DNA from: an uncultured Deferribacteres bacterium
Lineage (GTDB): Bacteria; Zhuqueibacterota; Zhuqueibacteria; Zhuqueibacterales; Geothermadaptataceae
Length of the DNA: 44,440 bases
Reading direction: 5' to 3'
Assembly: GCA_964014485.1 (NCBI GenBank)
Contig: CAXHAT010000044.1
Location: 1 to 44,440 of the forward strand
The translations under genes and the position numbers were made by a program. The notes beneath the pieces are model-generated. The model made no database searches. It was not told the DNA's origin and was given only the letters and a program-made list of their open reading frames with translations. Below, piece by piece: positions 16,477 to 26,004 of the stretch. Each line of letters opens with the position of its first letter. Positions within the stretch are counted from its first letter, which is position 1.

Positions 16477-16654
16477 GTTCTCAAATTCTCCATTTTTCTA
16501 TCCACAAGCGACGATCGAAAGGTTCGAATTTGTCCGCTTTCCGCCTGCAAGTCAAGGCGAAACGTCCTGATAGCGCCAACGTTTTGAAGTTGTTTTTGAG
16601 TAGAAAATATGGTGACGAGATGTTTTGCAAAATACTTTGCACGCAGCGTTTCTT

Positions 16655-17713
16655 TTAAAATAGCTGCATTTGCTCAGGCGTTCGGGTGAACAGGTCCGTT
16701 CGCAATTTCGGCATTGGCTTGTCCAGGCCATAGGCTTTGCGCGCTTGCGCCATCATGCTGTTAATCACGTCCCCGCGCGGCCCTTTCACGATAAATCTTT
16801 CGTGGAAATCCTTTTTGTTCAATTCGCCGTCACGCATGGATCGTATGGCGTTCAGCACTTTATCGGCGCGATCCGGCATGTGCGTTTCCAGCCACTTTTG
16901 AAACATTTCCTTGATGCTGTACGGCAGTCTCACCACAATACAATTTGCCGTCATCGCGCCCGCTTCGGCGGCGGCTTTGGCTATTGCAGGGATTTCCATA
17001 TCGGTCAAGCCTGGAATAATCGGCGCAATGTTTACCGCCGTCGGGATTCCCGCCTCGCGCAGTTTTCGCACCGTTTTTAACCGATTCAGGGGCGCGGCCG
17101 TTCGCGGTTCCATGATCCGACTCAGCCGATTATCCAGCGTCGTGATGCTTATGACGACGTGAACGAGTTGCAATTCAGCGAGCTTTTGCAATAAGTCAAT
17201 GTCGCGCGCGACAAGTGCGTTCTTTGAAATAATGCCGACGGGATTTCGATATTTCAGCAGAACTTTCAGGCAATTCCGGGTGATGCGAAAATGGCGTTCG
17301 GCAGGTTGGTAGCAATCGGTGTTGCCGGAAAGGGCGATAACGTGGGGCTTCCAGGAGGGCTTGCGCAGCGTTTGTTCGAGCAGTTTCGGCGCGTCTTTTT
17401 TGACCAGAATTTTGGTCTCGAAATCCAAACCGGCGGAAAGCCCGAAATATTCGTGCGTCGGGCGGGCATAGCAATAGACGCAACCGTGTTCGCAGCCGCG
17501 ATAAGGGTTCAACCCGTAGGTAAATGGAATGTCGGGACTGTCGTTTTTCGAAAGAATATTCTGCGTCGCATCGAACCAAAATTCCGTTTTCGGCTTGGGC
17601 AAATCTCCCTCAATGTGCTCCAAATATTCCGAGTCCGCCTCGATCTCAATTTTTTCAAATCGGTTCATCGGACTCGTCACGCTCCCCCGGCCTTTGATCT
17701 TTCTATCAAGCAT
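16655..17713 (-). CDS. PA0069-family radical SAM protein
   Basis: NPYRGCEHGCVYCYARP (CxxxCxxC), TDCYQPAE and MEPR motifs. Confidence 0.92.
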   Translation of the reverse strand: MLDRKIKGRGSVTSPMNRFEKIEIEADSEYLEHIEGDLPKPKTEFWFDATQNILSKNDSPDIPFTYGLNPYRGCEHGCVYCYARPTHEYFGLSAGLDFETKILVKKDAPKLLEQTLRKPSWKPHVIALSGNTDCYQPAERHFRITRNCLKVLLKYRNPVGIISKNALVARDIDLLQKLAELQLVHVVISITTLDNRLSRIMEPRTAAPLNRLKTVRKLREAGIPTAVNIAPIIPGLTDMEIPAIAKAAAEAGAMTANCIVVRLPYSIKEMFQKWLETHMPDRADKVLNAIRSMRDGELNKKDFHERFIVKGPRGDVINSMMAQARKAYGLDKPMPKLRTDLFTRTPEQMQLF

Positions 17714-18075
17714 AAGCTGGCCTCATGTTCACCAAAAAAAATAGTGGACATGCGGACAAATAGCAATAGCTTTTTCTGAGATTGCCGTGCTTAAAAATAT
17801 TTTCAAAAACCGTTTAAAAGAGTGGGACTTTTACTTTGAATCCGTTATTTTGCCGCCCCTAATCCGGCGTTGTCTCAGGATAAACCACCAGTGAAAGTGG
17901 ATATTCGGAATAACTTTTTTCGGAGCGGAATTGTCCAAAAATGTTTTAGTTGCAAAGCGTCATAAAACGTTTAGCAGGGGTTCAAGATTTTGAATCCCTA
18001 CGCAGTAAGTTTACGATCCAAACGCTGAAGCGTTTAACTCATGAGCTTGCCCATTTTCACTGCGAGCAAGAAACG

Positions 18076-18888
18076 ATGAAAGCCAGAGACTTTCAGCATA
18101 AAAACATCGTTGTTACAGGCGCGGCAAGCGGCCTGGGACGCGCCTTGAGCCTTCGATTCAGTGAAGCGGGCGCTCGCGTTTGCGGGCTAGACGTCGACGG
18201 TGTGGGATTGCAGGAGACCGGCGCCTTGCTTGAACAATCAAAAGCCGATTGGCGCGGCATTGTTTGCGATATTACAGATCCCCAAAAAGTGCAGGAAACT
18301 TTCGAGACGTTTGAAAGCGAATTAGGCGGCGTGGATTTGTTAATCAACAACGCGGGAATCTCGCACCGCAGCGAATTTTCGCGCACCAAAATCACTGTAT
18401 TTCAACGCATTATCGAAATCAACCTGCTCGGCGCGATTCATTGCACGCACGCCGCGATCCAGAGTTTGATAGCGAGAAAAGGCATGATCATCGCCGTCTC
18501 CAGCGTTGCCGGATTCGCGCCTCTGATAGCGCGCACAGGATACGCCGCCAGCAAGCACGGCATGCACGGATTTTTCGAAAGCCTGCGATCTGAAGTCGGT
18601 GATTTGGGCGTTGATATTCTCATGGTTTATCCAAGCTTTATCAATACAAATATTATAAAAAACGCTTTGGGCGCGGACGGAAAAGCCGTGCAGCATGAAC
18701 AAGCCGTCATTGGCGGCAGACTTGAGCCGCACCAGGCAGCGGAACAAATATTTGCCGCCGCTTCAAAAGCGAAAAGAAAACTTGTTCTCGGCGCAACAGG
18801 CAAGCTCTCCTGGTGGACATATAAATTTTTTCCAAGAATTTATGAACGCGGCATGATTCGTCAACTCAACTCGGAATTGCAGCGCTAA
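18076..18888 (+). CDS. Short-chain dehydrogenase/reductase
   Basis: TGAASGLG, NNAG and YAASK motifs; ATG at 18076 preferred over the TTG at 17950. Confidence 0.92.
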   Translation: MKARDFQHKNIVVTGAASGLGRALSLRFSEAGARVCGLDVDGVGLQETGALLEQSKADWRGIVCDITDPQKVQETFETFESELGGVDLLINNAGISHRSEFSRTKITVFQRIIEINLLGAIHCTHAAIQSLIARKGMIIAVSSVAGFAPLIARTGYAASKHGMHGFFESLRSEVGDLGVDILMVYPSFINTNIIKNALGADGKAVQHEQAVIGGRLEPHQAAEQIFAAASKAKRKLVLGATGKLSWWTYKFFPRIYERGMIRQLNSELQR

Positions 18889-18924
18889 TCGACTTGCCCT
18901 TTGATCCGTCGTCTCGATTAATTA

Positions 18925-19294
18925 CTGATGTTACGCGCCATCGGAAAAATTAAGGAGTGCAAAGCTTGCTTTGCCTTTTGATCTGCCAGCAAGTTCAGAA
19001 TGTTTAACAACAAAGTTTGAGAAAACCCGCAGTGGAATGGCAAGGCAAGCCTTGCACTCCATTTTTTACACCAGCCGCGTAACGTCGTTAAATAAGTCCT
19101 GATAATGTTTACCACAAGGACAAGTGAAGCTTGAACTACAAACGACAGTGCTTCTCTTACGCCCAGAGTAGAAGAATGTACGGTAGTTTGAACGTAACCA
19201 AGGCAAAAGTGAGTGACATCGGGCTGAAGTCCGGCGCTACTGAGACAAGGTTTGCCCCAAGACTAAGGATTTGCACTGCTGCGTGTAACATCAG
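18925..19294. mobile_element. Composite MITE (TIR CTGATGTTACGC) with a 7-bp target duplication, containing nested REPINs
   Basis: TTAATTA (18918-18924) | CTGATGTTACGCGC ... GCGTGTAACATCAG | TTAATTA (19295-19301); inside are a REPIN B (18954-19060) and a partial REPIN A (19121-19190). Confidence 0.85.
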
Positions 19295-19331
19295 TTAATT
19301 ATACAATGCCCTGAAATACAAACGGACGGAA

Positions 19332-20267
19332 ATGACCGCAAAACAAATTCTCGACCGCCACGCGGCGACGCTCTCCGGAAAGCTGATTCACAAACGTTTT
19401 GCTTCTCGCGCATTGGGCGCAGGCAAAAACTTTTATGTCTATGAGCCGCCAAATCTCGAGAATCAGGACAAAGTTCATTTGCTTTACTTGTTTCGAGGCC
19501 ACGAGCGCGAATGGGTAAATATGCAGGAGGATGGTTCTCGCCTCAGATCAACGGCCATTGAAGATTTGGATTCAACGATTAAAAGCGGCATGCTCCCGCC
19601 GACCATCGCCGTGCTTCCGGGCGTGACGTCATCGAATAATTGGGTGCATTCCGCCGGGGTTAATATGTCGGGAGAATGGGACCACCACTTTTCCGGCCTT
19701 GGCTCCGGCAGGTTTTACGACTACCTCACCTGCGAATTAATTCCCTCGATTGAGCGTCGCTACGGGCCAAAGCGAATCGCAAGCAAAATGGCGGTTGGGT
19801 TTTCCCTCGGTGGCTACCTGGTTTCATTGCTCACAACCAAATTTCCCGGTTATTTCACCCACGCAGGCATTTACGACGGCACTTTGATGTGGGCGAATCA
19901 TCACGATCCCCGCATTGGTAAACGCTCTTTCAACGACAAAATTTGGGGCAAATCGTTCATGTTCGACGCATCTTTCGGCGCACCGAGAGTGAGGCGAGCA
20001 ATGTATGAATGGAACGCCACGGACAGAGTCATTGAAGCAAATTCCAGGACGCTCGAAGCGATCCGAAAAACCAAATTCTGGGTCGCCAGCGCGAGCCAGG
20101 ACGGCGGCTTTGGTAATCGTGATCGGTCGAAGAACTTTGCTGAAGTTCTTGAGCGCGCCGGAATCCAAAACGGCTTTTCCGAAATCCCGTTCCACCCGGA
20201 CGCAGCGCATTCCTGGCATTGGACGGACAGATTTCTTATCGAATTTCTCCGCCGAGTTCTTGCCTAA
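19332..20267 (+). CDS. Putative esterase (alpha/beta hydrolase)
   Basis: GFSLGG nucleophile elbow, ELIPSIE, C-terminal HSWHW. Confidence 0.82.
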   Translation: MTAKQILDRHAATLSGKLIHKRFASRALGAGKNFYVYEPPNLENQDKVHLLYLFRGHEREWVNMQEDGSRLRSTAIEDLDSTIKSGMLPPTIAVLPGVTSSNNWVHSAGVNMSGEWDHHFSGLGSGRFYDYLTCELIPSIERRYGPKRIASKMAVGFSLGGYLVSLLTTKFPGYFTHAGIYDGTLMWANHHDPRIGKRSFNDKIWGKSFMFDASFGAPRVRRAMYEWNATDRVIEANSRTLEAIRKTKFWVASASQDGGFGNRDRSKNFAEVLERAGIQNGFSEIPFHPDAAHSWHWTDRFLIEFLRRVLA

Positions 20268-20318
20268 ACACGCAACCAAAACCATGTCGCCATCCAATTA
20301 AAAACGCTTCAAAAATAT

Positions 20319-21473
20319 ATGCAAAATTCATCTCTGCTCAACGCACATCGCGGCGTCGCTGCGATTTTTGTACTGAACGGCGGTCTTATCGGCGCATGGG
20401 CCGCTCGCATCCCGGACGTCAAACATGTGCTCCATTTAGACGAATCCACGCTCGGATTGCTCCTGCTGCTGCTCGCCGGCGGCGCGATTGCGTCATTCCC
20501 GTTCGCGGGCTATTTCTCCGACCGTTTCGGCGCCGCCGTCGTCTCGAAAGCACTTGTCATTTTGTACGTGTTCTCGCTGATTGGCATTGCAGCTAGCGCC
20601 CAATTGTGGCAGTTAGCTTTGGCGCTTTTCATTTTTGGCGCGGTTCACGGCGGCATGGATGTGGCGATGAATACGTGGGGTGCGGAAATCGAACAAAAGC
20701 GCGAAAAGCCGATCATGTCCGGCTTACACGCCATGTTCAGCATAGGCGCGGGCGTAGGCGCCGGATCCGGCGCGGCGGCTTCATCGTTCGAGATCAGCGT
20801 TCTTTCCCATTTTGTTTTGTTCGGCGTCGTTATGGGCGCGGGCGCGATTTTTTTCACGCGTTCAACCTGGCCGCGTTCTGATAGTCAGAATCGCAACGGA
20901 AGACTGTTTTTCGCCATCCCAAAAGGCTCGCTGGCACTGGTTGGCGTGATCGCGTTTTGCTCTGCGGTTGGAGAAGGAGCCGTGGCTGACTGGAGTGCGG
21001 TTTACCTGGTCGACGTTTTAAAAGCGACAACAGCTCAAGGCGCTTTGGGATACGCCTTTTTTTCTATTGCAATGGTCGCCGCACGCCTTATGGGAGACAG
21101 TGTTATCGAAAATTTTGGCAGGAAAAGAACGGCGCGATTCAGCGGCGCGACTGCTGCGGCGGGAGCGTTAGTCGCAGTTCTGGCCCCCAACATTTGGGTC
21201 AATTGGCTCGGCTTTGTGCTCATGGGCGCAGGTTATGCGTTGATTTTCCCGATGGCCTTTTCACGCGCCGCCAACGACCCTAGAATGACGCCCGGCGCTG
21301 CGATGGCCGCGACGGCAACACTGGGCCATGGAGGCTCCCTCTTTGGGCCGCCGACTATCGGATTTATCGCCCAGGCGTCATCGCTCCGCGTTTCATTTGT
21401 TCTGCTCGTGTTTCTTGCCCTGCTCATCACAGCGTTCGCAACGGCAATGCAGCAGCCTCCGCGAAAAACATAA
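20319..21473 (+). CDS. MFS transporter
   Basis: About 12 hydrophobic segments; DRFG, DVAMN and EGAVADWS motifs. Confidence 0.9.
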   Translation: MQNSSLLNAHRGVAAIFVLNGGLIGAWAARIPDVKHVLHLDESTLGLLLLLLAGGAIASFPFAGYFSDRFGAAVVSKALVILYVFSLIGIAASAQLWQLALALFIFGAVHGGMDVAMNTWGAEIEQKREKPIMSGLHAMFSIGAGVGAGSGAAASSFEISVLSHFVLFGVVMGAGAIFFTRSTWPRSDSQNRNGRLFFAIPKGSLALVGVIAFCSAVGEGAVADWSAVYLVDVLKATTAQGALGYAFFSIAMVAARLMGDSVIENFGRKRTARFSGATAAAGALVAVLAPNIWVNWLGFVLMGAGYALIFPMAFSRAANDPRMTPGAAMAATATLGHGGSLFGPPTIGFIAQASSLRVSFVLLVFLALLITAFATAMQQPPRKT

Positions 21474-21712
21474 CTGATGTTACGCGCGGCAACGTATACT
21501 CTAAGCCTTGGAGAGAATTTCGTCTCATTAGCGCCGGACTTCAGCCCGGTGATGCGCAAACGCCCATTTTTCTCTTCCGCCGTGCAAGCGCGGCGGAAGA
21601 GAAAAGGATAGCGTTTTTCAAACTCTCCGCTCTGAAGAGCGGAGCTAATGAGAATCAAAAGTTGTCCGCAGGCTTTGATCGCGCACGCCAAATAACGCGC
21701 GCGTAACATCCG
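21474..21712. mobile_element. MITE (TIR CTGATGTTACGC) carrying an ATTAG-type REP pair
   Basis: AAACATAA | CTGATGTTACGCGCG ... CGCGCGTAACATCCG | ATACATAA (8-bp duplication, 1 mismatch); internal sequence is a diverged reverse complement of 40186-40428. Confidence 0.85.
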
Positions 21713-21721
21713 ATACATAAA

Positions 21722-22504
21722 TCAAGACTCCGGAGCGTCCTCAATGAAATCGGCAAGCTGTGCATAAAACGCTTCTGGGTTGTCCGTCATCATTGCGTGT
21801 CCGCTGATTGGCGTTATGATTTTATGAATGTGCGTCGTCGCTTGTAATCTTTTAACCGCAGCAATTTCTCGATTTCGCTCGCCCAGAAAATAGCCGGTTT
21901 TGCATTCCAGTCCGCCGAATTTCTCCAAGAGTTTTTCACTGTCCGACCACGCCACCAAAGATTTCGCCCCACTGTGCAGCGCTCCCGGCGACGATTTTTC
22001 AAACTGAAAAATCGCATTGCCGCTGAACTTTGCAACCAGCTTGGGGAACATTTTTTCTTCAAACTTTTCTGGTGGAAGCGTGGAGATTTTGCGTGTTAAA
22101 AAACAATCGTCGCCAACAAGATTGCCCTCAAAATTTGCAAAAGAGCGGATGCGTCTGAGCACCGATTCGCCCAACAAAAGGCCGACGGCTCCGCCCATGC
22201 TGTGCGCCGCAATGTGCAGGTTTTCGTAATCAATTTGCGCCAAAACCGCATCACATCCTTTGGCCAAATTTTCCATTGAACAGACAAAATCTTCCGGCTT
22301 TGCAGATTCTCCAAAACCGACAAAATCAATTGCCAACAGGGAAAATTCATTGAGGCGTTCGTGCTCAAAAGCCTTTTCAAAACAAGCGTTTGAAGCGCCA
22401 AAGCCATGCAAGAAAACAATCAAGGATTCGTTGGCCCTACGGTATAATGCGCTGTGTTTTAGTTGGTCACCGCCTATCGATGTTTGAAAGGAAATGCGCT
22501 CCAT
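21722..22504 (-). CDS. Alpha/beta fold hydrolase
   Basis: FLHGFG, DFVGFGES, AHSMGG and SGH motifs. Confidence 0.85.
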   Translation of the reverse strand: MERISFQTSIGGDQLKHSALYRRANESLIVFLHGFGASNACFEKAFEHERLNEFSLLAIDFVGFGESAKPEDFVCSMENLAKGCDAVLAQIDYENLHIAAHSMGGAVGLLLGESVLRRIRSFANFEGNLVGDDCFLTRKISTLPPEKFEEKMFPKLVAKFSGNAIFQFEKSSPGALHSGAKSLVAWSDSEKLLEKFGGLECKTGYFLGERNREIAAVKRLQATTHIHKIITPISGHAMMTDNPEAFYAQLADFIEDAPES

Positions 22505-22512
22505 TTTGACAA

Positions 22513-22935
22513 CTATGCCTTGACGCCTTCCTGGTAAAATTGATTAAAGCGGCTTCGAATCTCATCTCGGATTTTTCGAAAAACGGCGATCACCTCTTCT
22601 TCAGAGCCGGTCGCCTCCGCCGGATCTTCAAAGCCAATGTGAAGCTTGTTCTTCACTTCGCCAGCGAAAACGGGGCACGTTTCTTTGGCGTTGCCGCAGA
22701 CGGTGATGACAAAATCAAAAGCCTGATCTATAAACTGCGCTACATCCTTTGGGTAATTTGCGCTCAAGTCCACCCCAACCTCTTGCATAACTTGCACCGC
22801 TTTCGGATGCACGCGGGCCGTAGGGCTCGTTCCGGCGGAATGAACTTCCAGGTTGGCGTCAAACGATCTGAGAAAGCCTTCGGCCATTTGGCTGCGGCAG
22901 GAATTGCCCGTGCAAAGAATTAAAATACTTGACAT
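22513..22935 (-). CDS. arsC: Arsenate reductase (LMW-PTP family, thioredoxin-coupled type)
   Basis: CTGNSCRSQMAE, ITVC..CP and FEDP motifs; AGGAGG RBS before the ATG at 22935. Confidence 0.88.
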   Translation of the reverse strand: MSSILILCTGNSCRSQMAEGFLRSFDANLEVHSAGTSPTARVHPKAVQVMQEVGVDLSANYPKDVAQFIDQAFDFVITVCGNAKETCPVFAGEVKNKLHIGFEDPAEATGSEEEVIAVFRKIRDEIRSRFNQFYQEGVKA

Positions 22936-22984
22936 TTTTCCTCCTGAATTGTGAACATTCTGAGCTTTCAAGAAATAATCCAAG

Positions 22985-23848
22985 TTAAACTTTCAGAAAC
23001 GCGTGCAACGAAGCGTTCACAAGTTCTGATTCTTCGTGCTGCACCCAGTGAGAACCGCTTTCAACGCGCTCAAGCTTGCCATTATCACAAAGCGCGATGC
23101 TTTTTTCCGCTGTTGAAAAGCTGATAAAACGATCTTTCATTCCCCAGAGCAAAAGCGTCGGCACGGCGACTCGCGGCTTTTTGTCAATTTTCGGCGCGTA
23201 ACGCATCGCGCGGTACCAGTTGATCATTCCGGTTGCGCTTCCCGGCTGCGACCACGCCTCGCGATATTGCGCAATGTCATTGTCTGCAAACGTTCCTTTG
23301 CGACTTGTGCTTTGCAATGCCCGACGGCCAACGTCCCAATTGTTTTTGCGCATCCGCCGCTCCGGGAACCATGGTATTTGAAAGAAAAAAAAGTACCAGC
23401 TTTTGCGCCGTTGCTTAGGATTATGCCGAATTTCTTTCCCGAACACCGTCGGATGGGGCGCGTTGAGCACGCAAAGTTTTTCAATGCGATCCGGGTATTT
23501 AACCGCCGTCCACCAAGCAGTAATTCCGCCCCAATCATGGCCGACGATAACGGCCTTCTGGCGGCCAAATGCATCGATCAATCCAACAATGTCCTCCGTC
23601 ACCACGTCCAAGCGATAATCGCGAATCCGTTTGGGCTTGTCGCTGAGATTATACCCGCGTTGGTCTGGCGCTACAACGTGAAATCCGGCCTTGGCGAAGT
23701 ATTCGATTTGCTTGCGCCAGCCGTACCAAAATTCCGGGAAACCGTGCAAGAAAATGATCAATTCGCCCTCGGGGTCGCCGGCTTCAACAAGATGCAGTTC
23801 GACGCCATTGGTTTTGACGCGTTTATGTTTGAGTTCATTCATTGCCAT
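22985..23848 (-). CDS. Epoxide hydrolase-like alpha/beta hydrolase
   Basis: HGFPEFWYGW, DQRGYN, GHDWGG and SHWVQ motifs. Confidence 0.9.
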   Translation of the reverse strand: MAMNELKHKRVKTNGVELHLVEAGDPEGELIIFLHGFPEFWYGWRKQIEYFAKAGFHVVAPDQRGYNLSDKPKRIRDYRLDVVTEDIVGLIDAFGRQKAVIVGHDWGGITAWWTAVKYPDRIEKLCVLNAPHPTVFGKEIRHNPKQRRKSWYFFFFQIPWFPERRMRKNNWDVGRRALQSTSRKGTFADNDIAQYREAWSQPGSATGMINWYRAMRYAPKIDKKPRVAVPTLLLWGMKDRFISFSTAEKSIALCDNGKLERVESGSHWVQHEESELVNASLHAFLKV

Positions 23849-24932
23849 CTTTCACCAATTCCAGAATTTTATCGACTTGTTCCAATGAATCAAAAACCTG
23901 TGCGGCTTGCGCCAAGTCATGCTTTTGATTAAGCGCGTGTCGCAGGCCAAAAGAGCGCAAGCCTGCGTTGTGAGCGGCAGTGAGTCCAACATCCGTGTCT
24001 TCAAAAACGCACGTTTTCCCCAAAGTCAGTTTAAGATCGACCATTGCTTTAAAATATGGTTCCGGCGCAGGTTTTTCGCGCCTAACTTCGTTGGCTGAAA
24101 CTATTGTCTGAAAAAAATCGCCGATTTCGATCTTGGCTAAAACGCGGTCCATCATCCACCGCTGACTTGAGCTGACGAGCGCCAGTTTGTAGCCGTTCTT
24201 GCGCAGTGTTTGCAACAGATTCAAGGCTCCGGGCACAAGGTTGATTTTTTGTTGCAGCAGTTTTTTGTAGACGGCATTTTTGTGGCGCAAATATTCATCT
24301 GGCGTGACGTCCAAACCAGCCGTTTGGATGTAGGCGTTCGCAACGACCTCGCTAGATTTCCCCATGATTTGTTGAAAGAAGCCGTCCGGCAGCGAACCGC
24401 CAAAATGTGCAACGGCGGCGGCGTGACTCTGCGCTTTCAGTTGTTCCGTTTGCACAAGCGTGCCGTCCATATCGAACAAAACGCCGGGAGCCGCGCTGAA
24501 CGTTTTTTCCATGTGGAGCAGTCGGTAGTTTGCGACGCGCTCGCTTCCGGGTAGTGTGTCATAGCCTAGATCACGGTAAAATTTTTCAAGGTAATCGTGC
24601 GGTTTCAAAGAAACAGTTGTGGCGCCAGCCCGCGCCGCGACGTCCTCGAGTTCCAGAACGATGCGTTTGCCCAAATAAAATCCGCGCGCTTCCGGCAGTA
24701 CGGAAATGCGTGCCAAAACCGCTGTTTTTTCGGAAGTTTTTAAAGCGCGCCCGGTTGCGAGCGGCGTTCCATCGATTTTGATCAGAACGTGCTTGGCAAC
24801 GGCGTCATTGCCGTCATTGTCCAATTCTTTCGGAATGCTTTGCTCGTCTACAAAAACACGTTCGCGAATCTGTTTGACCGCTGCAAACTCTTCCGCCGTT
24901 TTGACTTCGATTGCTTCAATTTGGCGCTTCAT
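23835..24932 (-). CDS. GNAT acetyltransferase fused to a HAD-family phosphatase
   Basis: N-terminal IRERVFVDEQ..ARG..FYRDLGY (ElaA/YjcF-like); C-terminal FDMDGTL, KPAPE and FED motifs. Confidence 0.88.
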   Translation of the reverse strand: MKRQIEAIEVKTAEEFAAVKQIRERVFVDEQSIPKELDNDGNDAVAKHVLIKIDGTPLATGRALKTSEKTAVLARISVLPEARGFYLGKRIVLELEDVAARAGATTVSLKPHDYLEKFYRDLGYDTLPGSERVANYRLLHMEKTFSAAPGVLFDMDGTLVQTEQLKAQSHAAAVAHFGGSLPDGFFQQIMGKSSEVVANAYIQTAGLDVTPDEYLRHKNAVYKKLLQQKINLVPGALNLLQTLRKNGYKLALVSSSQRWMMDRVLAKIEIGDFFQTIVSANEVRREKPAPEPYFKAMVDLKLTLGKTCVFEDTDVGLTAAHNAGLRSFGLRHALNQKHDLAQAAQVFDSLEQVDKILELVKDGNE

Positions 24933-25004
24933 GCTTCAATCTAAAACGCCGAACGGTGCATTCCAAAGCATTCCATTCATCATGGCTCGGAAGGGTAAAA
25001 AATC

Positions 25005-25033
25005 TTGACTTGGTGAAAGATCGAGTTTATAAC
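25005..25033 (+). promoter_or_regulatory. Putative sigma70 promoter for the downstream GNAT gene
   Basis: TTGACT, 17 bp, TATAAC. Confidence 0.55.
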
Positions 25034-25037
25034 TTCA

Positions 25038-25234
25038 CTACCTGACACTTTTTGTATAGACTTCTAAAGTTGGCGAAAAAGGCCGGATTTGTCATGCTGA
25101 AAGCATCTTTTTTGGTCCAACCCTTGAACTTTTGAGCATGATCTATAATGGGCGATAACAAAGATTCCTTCAGAATGACAAAACGAGGCCTTTCGACGGC
25201 TCGAAAATGCAGTTTACAAAAAAGTGTCAGGTAG
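25038..25234. mobile_element. MITE-like element with ~19-bp TIRs flanked by a 15-bp direct repeat
   Basis: GAGTTTATAACTTCA (25023-25037) | CTACCTGACACTTTTTGTA ... TACAAAAAAGTGTCAGGTAG | A GAGTTTATAACTTCA (25236-25250); internal TGTCATGCTGAA...TTCAGAATGACA palindrome. Confidence 0.8.
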
Positions 25235-25280
25235 AGAGTTTATAACTTCACGACTTTAAGGATTGTAAAAATTACGTTGG

Positions 25281-25308
25281 GAGTCAAACGCTTCAGCGTT
25301 TGACTCCG
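25281..25308. repeat. Single GGAG-type REP hairpin with a TTCA loop
   Basis: GGAGTCAAACGC-TTCA-GCGTTTGACTCC perfect 12-bp stem. Confidence 0.75.
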
Positions 25309-25404
25309 GAACCGCTTTTAAAAAAAGAACGCAAGCGTGATTGACAAGCTAACTGCATTGCAAAAGCTTGACGTCCCAGAACCGATTTGTCAAAGGAGTG
25401 AACA

Positions 25405-25995
25405 ATGCGATTGGAAGCCGTACAGCTTGAAAATGAGAGAATACGCCTCGAGCCTCACAACAAAAGTCACGTTGACCACATTTGGCCGCACGCGTCTGCC
25501 CCTGATATTTGGCGCTACATGCCAACGTCGCTGCGCTCGAAAGACGACGTTCACGCCCTGATTGATGACAGTCAACGAATCGCGACTTCCGGCAACGGCG
25601 TGCGATTCGCGATTTTTGAGAAGCAAAGCGGCGATTTCGCCGGCTCAACTTCGTACATGAACGTCGATTTGCAACATCTACGGGTAGAAATTGGTTTTAC
25701 CTGGCTGGTTCAAAAATGGCGCAGAACCTTTGTTAACACCGAGGTTAAACTCATGCTTCTGGAACATGCGTTTGAATCGCTCGGATGCATTCGAGTTGAG
25801 TTCAAAACGGATGCTTTGAACAGACAATCGCGCGAAGCCTTGAAACGTATTGGGGCGGTTGAAGAAGGTACGCTGCGTAATCATATGATTATGCCTGACG
25901 GCAGGTATCGGCACAGCGTTTATTTCAGCATTTTGGAATCTGAATGGTCGGCGGTAAAAAGGCGGTTGCGGTCTTTTTTAGAAAAGCCGAGCTAA
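25405..25995 (+). CDS. GNAT family N-acetyltransferase
   Basis: EIGFTW, NTEVKLMLLEHAFE, RVEFKTD and GAVEEG motifs; AAGGAG RBS. Confidence 0.9.
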   Translation: MRLEAVQLENERIRLEPHNKSHVDHIWPHASAPDIWRYMPTSLRSKDDVHALIDDSQRIATSGNGVRFAIFEKQSGDFAGSTSYMNVDLQHLRVEIGFTWLVQKWRRTFVNTEVKLMLLEHAFESLGCIRVEFKTDALNRQSREALKRIGAVEEGTLRNHMIMPDGRYRHSVYFSILESEWSAVKRRLRSFLEKPS

Positions 25996-26004
25996 GAAAA
26001 ATTT

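Noticed and set aside
15280..16587. 435-aa + strand ORF
   Set aside because: Antisense shadow of the M20 amidohydrolase, which has all family motifs; no recognisable motifs of its own
17950..18075. N-terminal extensions in the ORF track (also 22936-22983, 32069-32164, 40505-40540, 43508-43630)
   Set aside because: Downstream ATGs fit family N-termini and/or RBS positions better
22513..22935. Arsenic resistance operon
   Set aside because: Only arsC is present; no arsR, arsB or acr3 in the window
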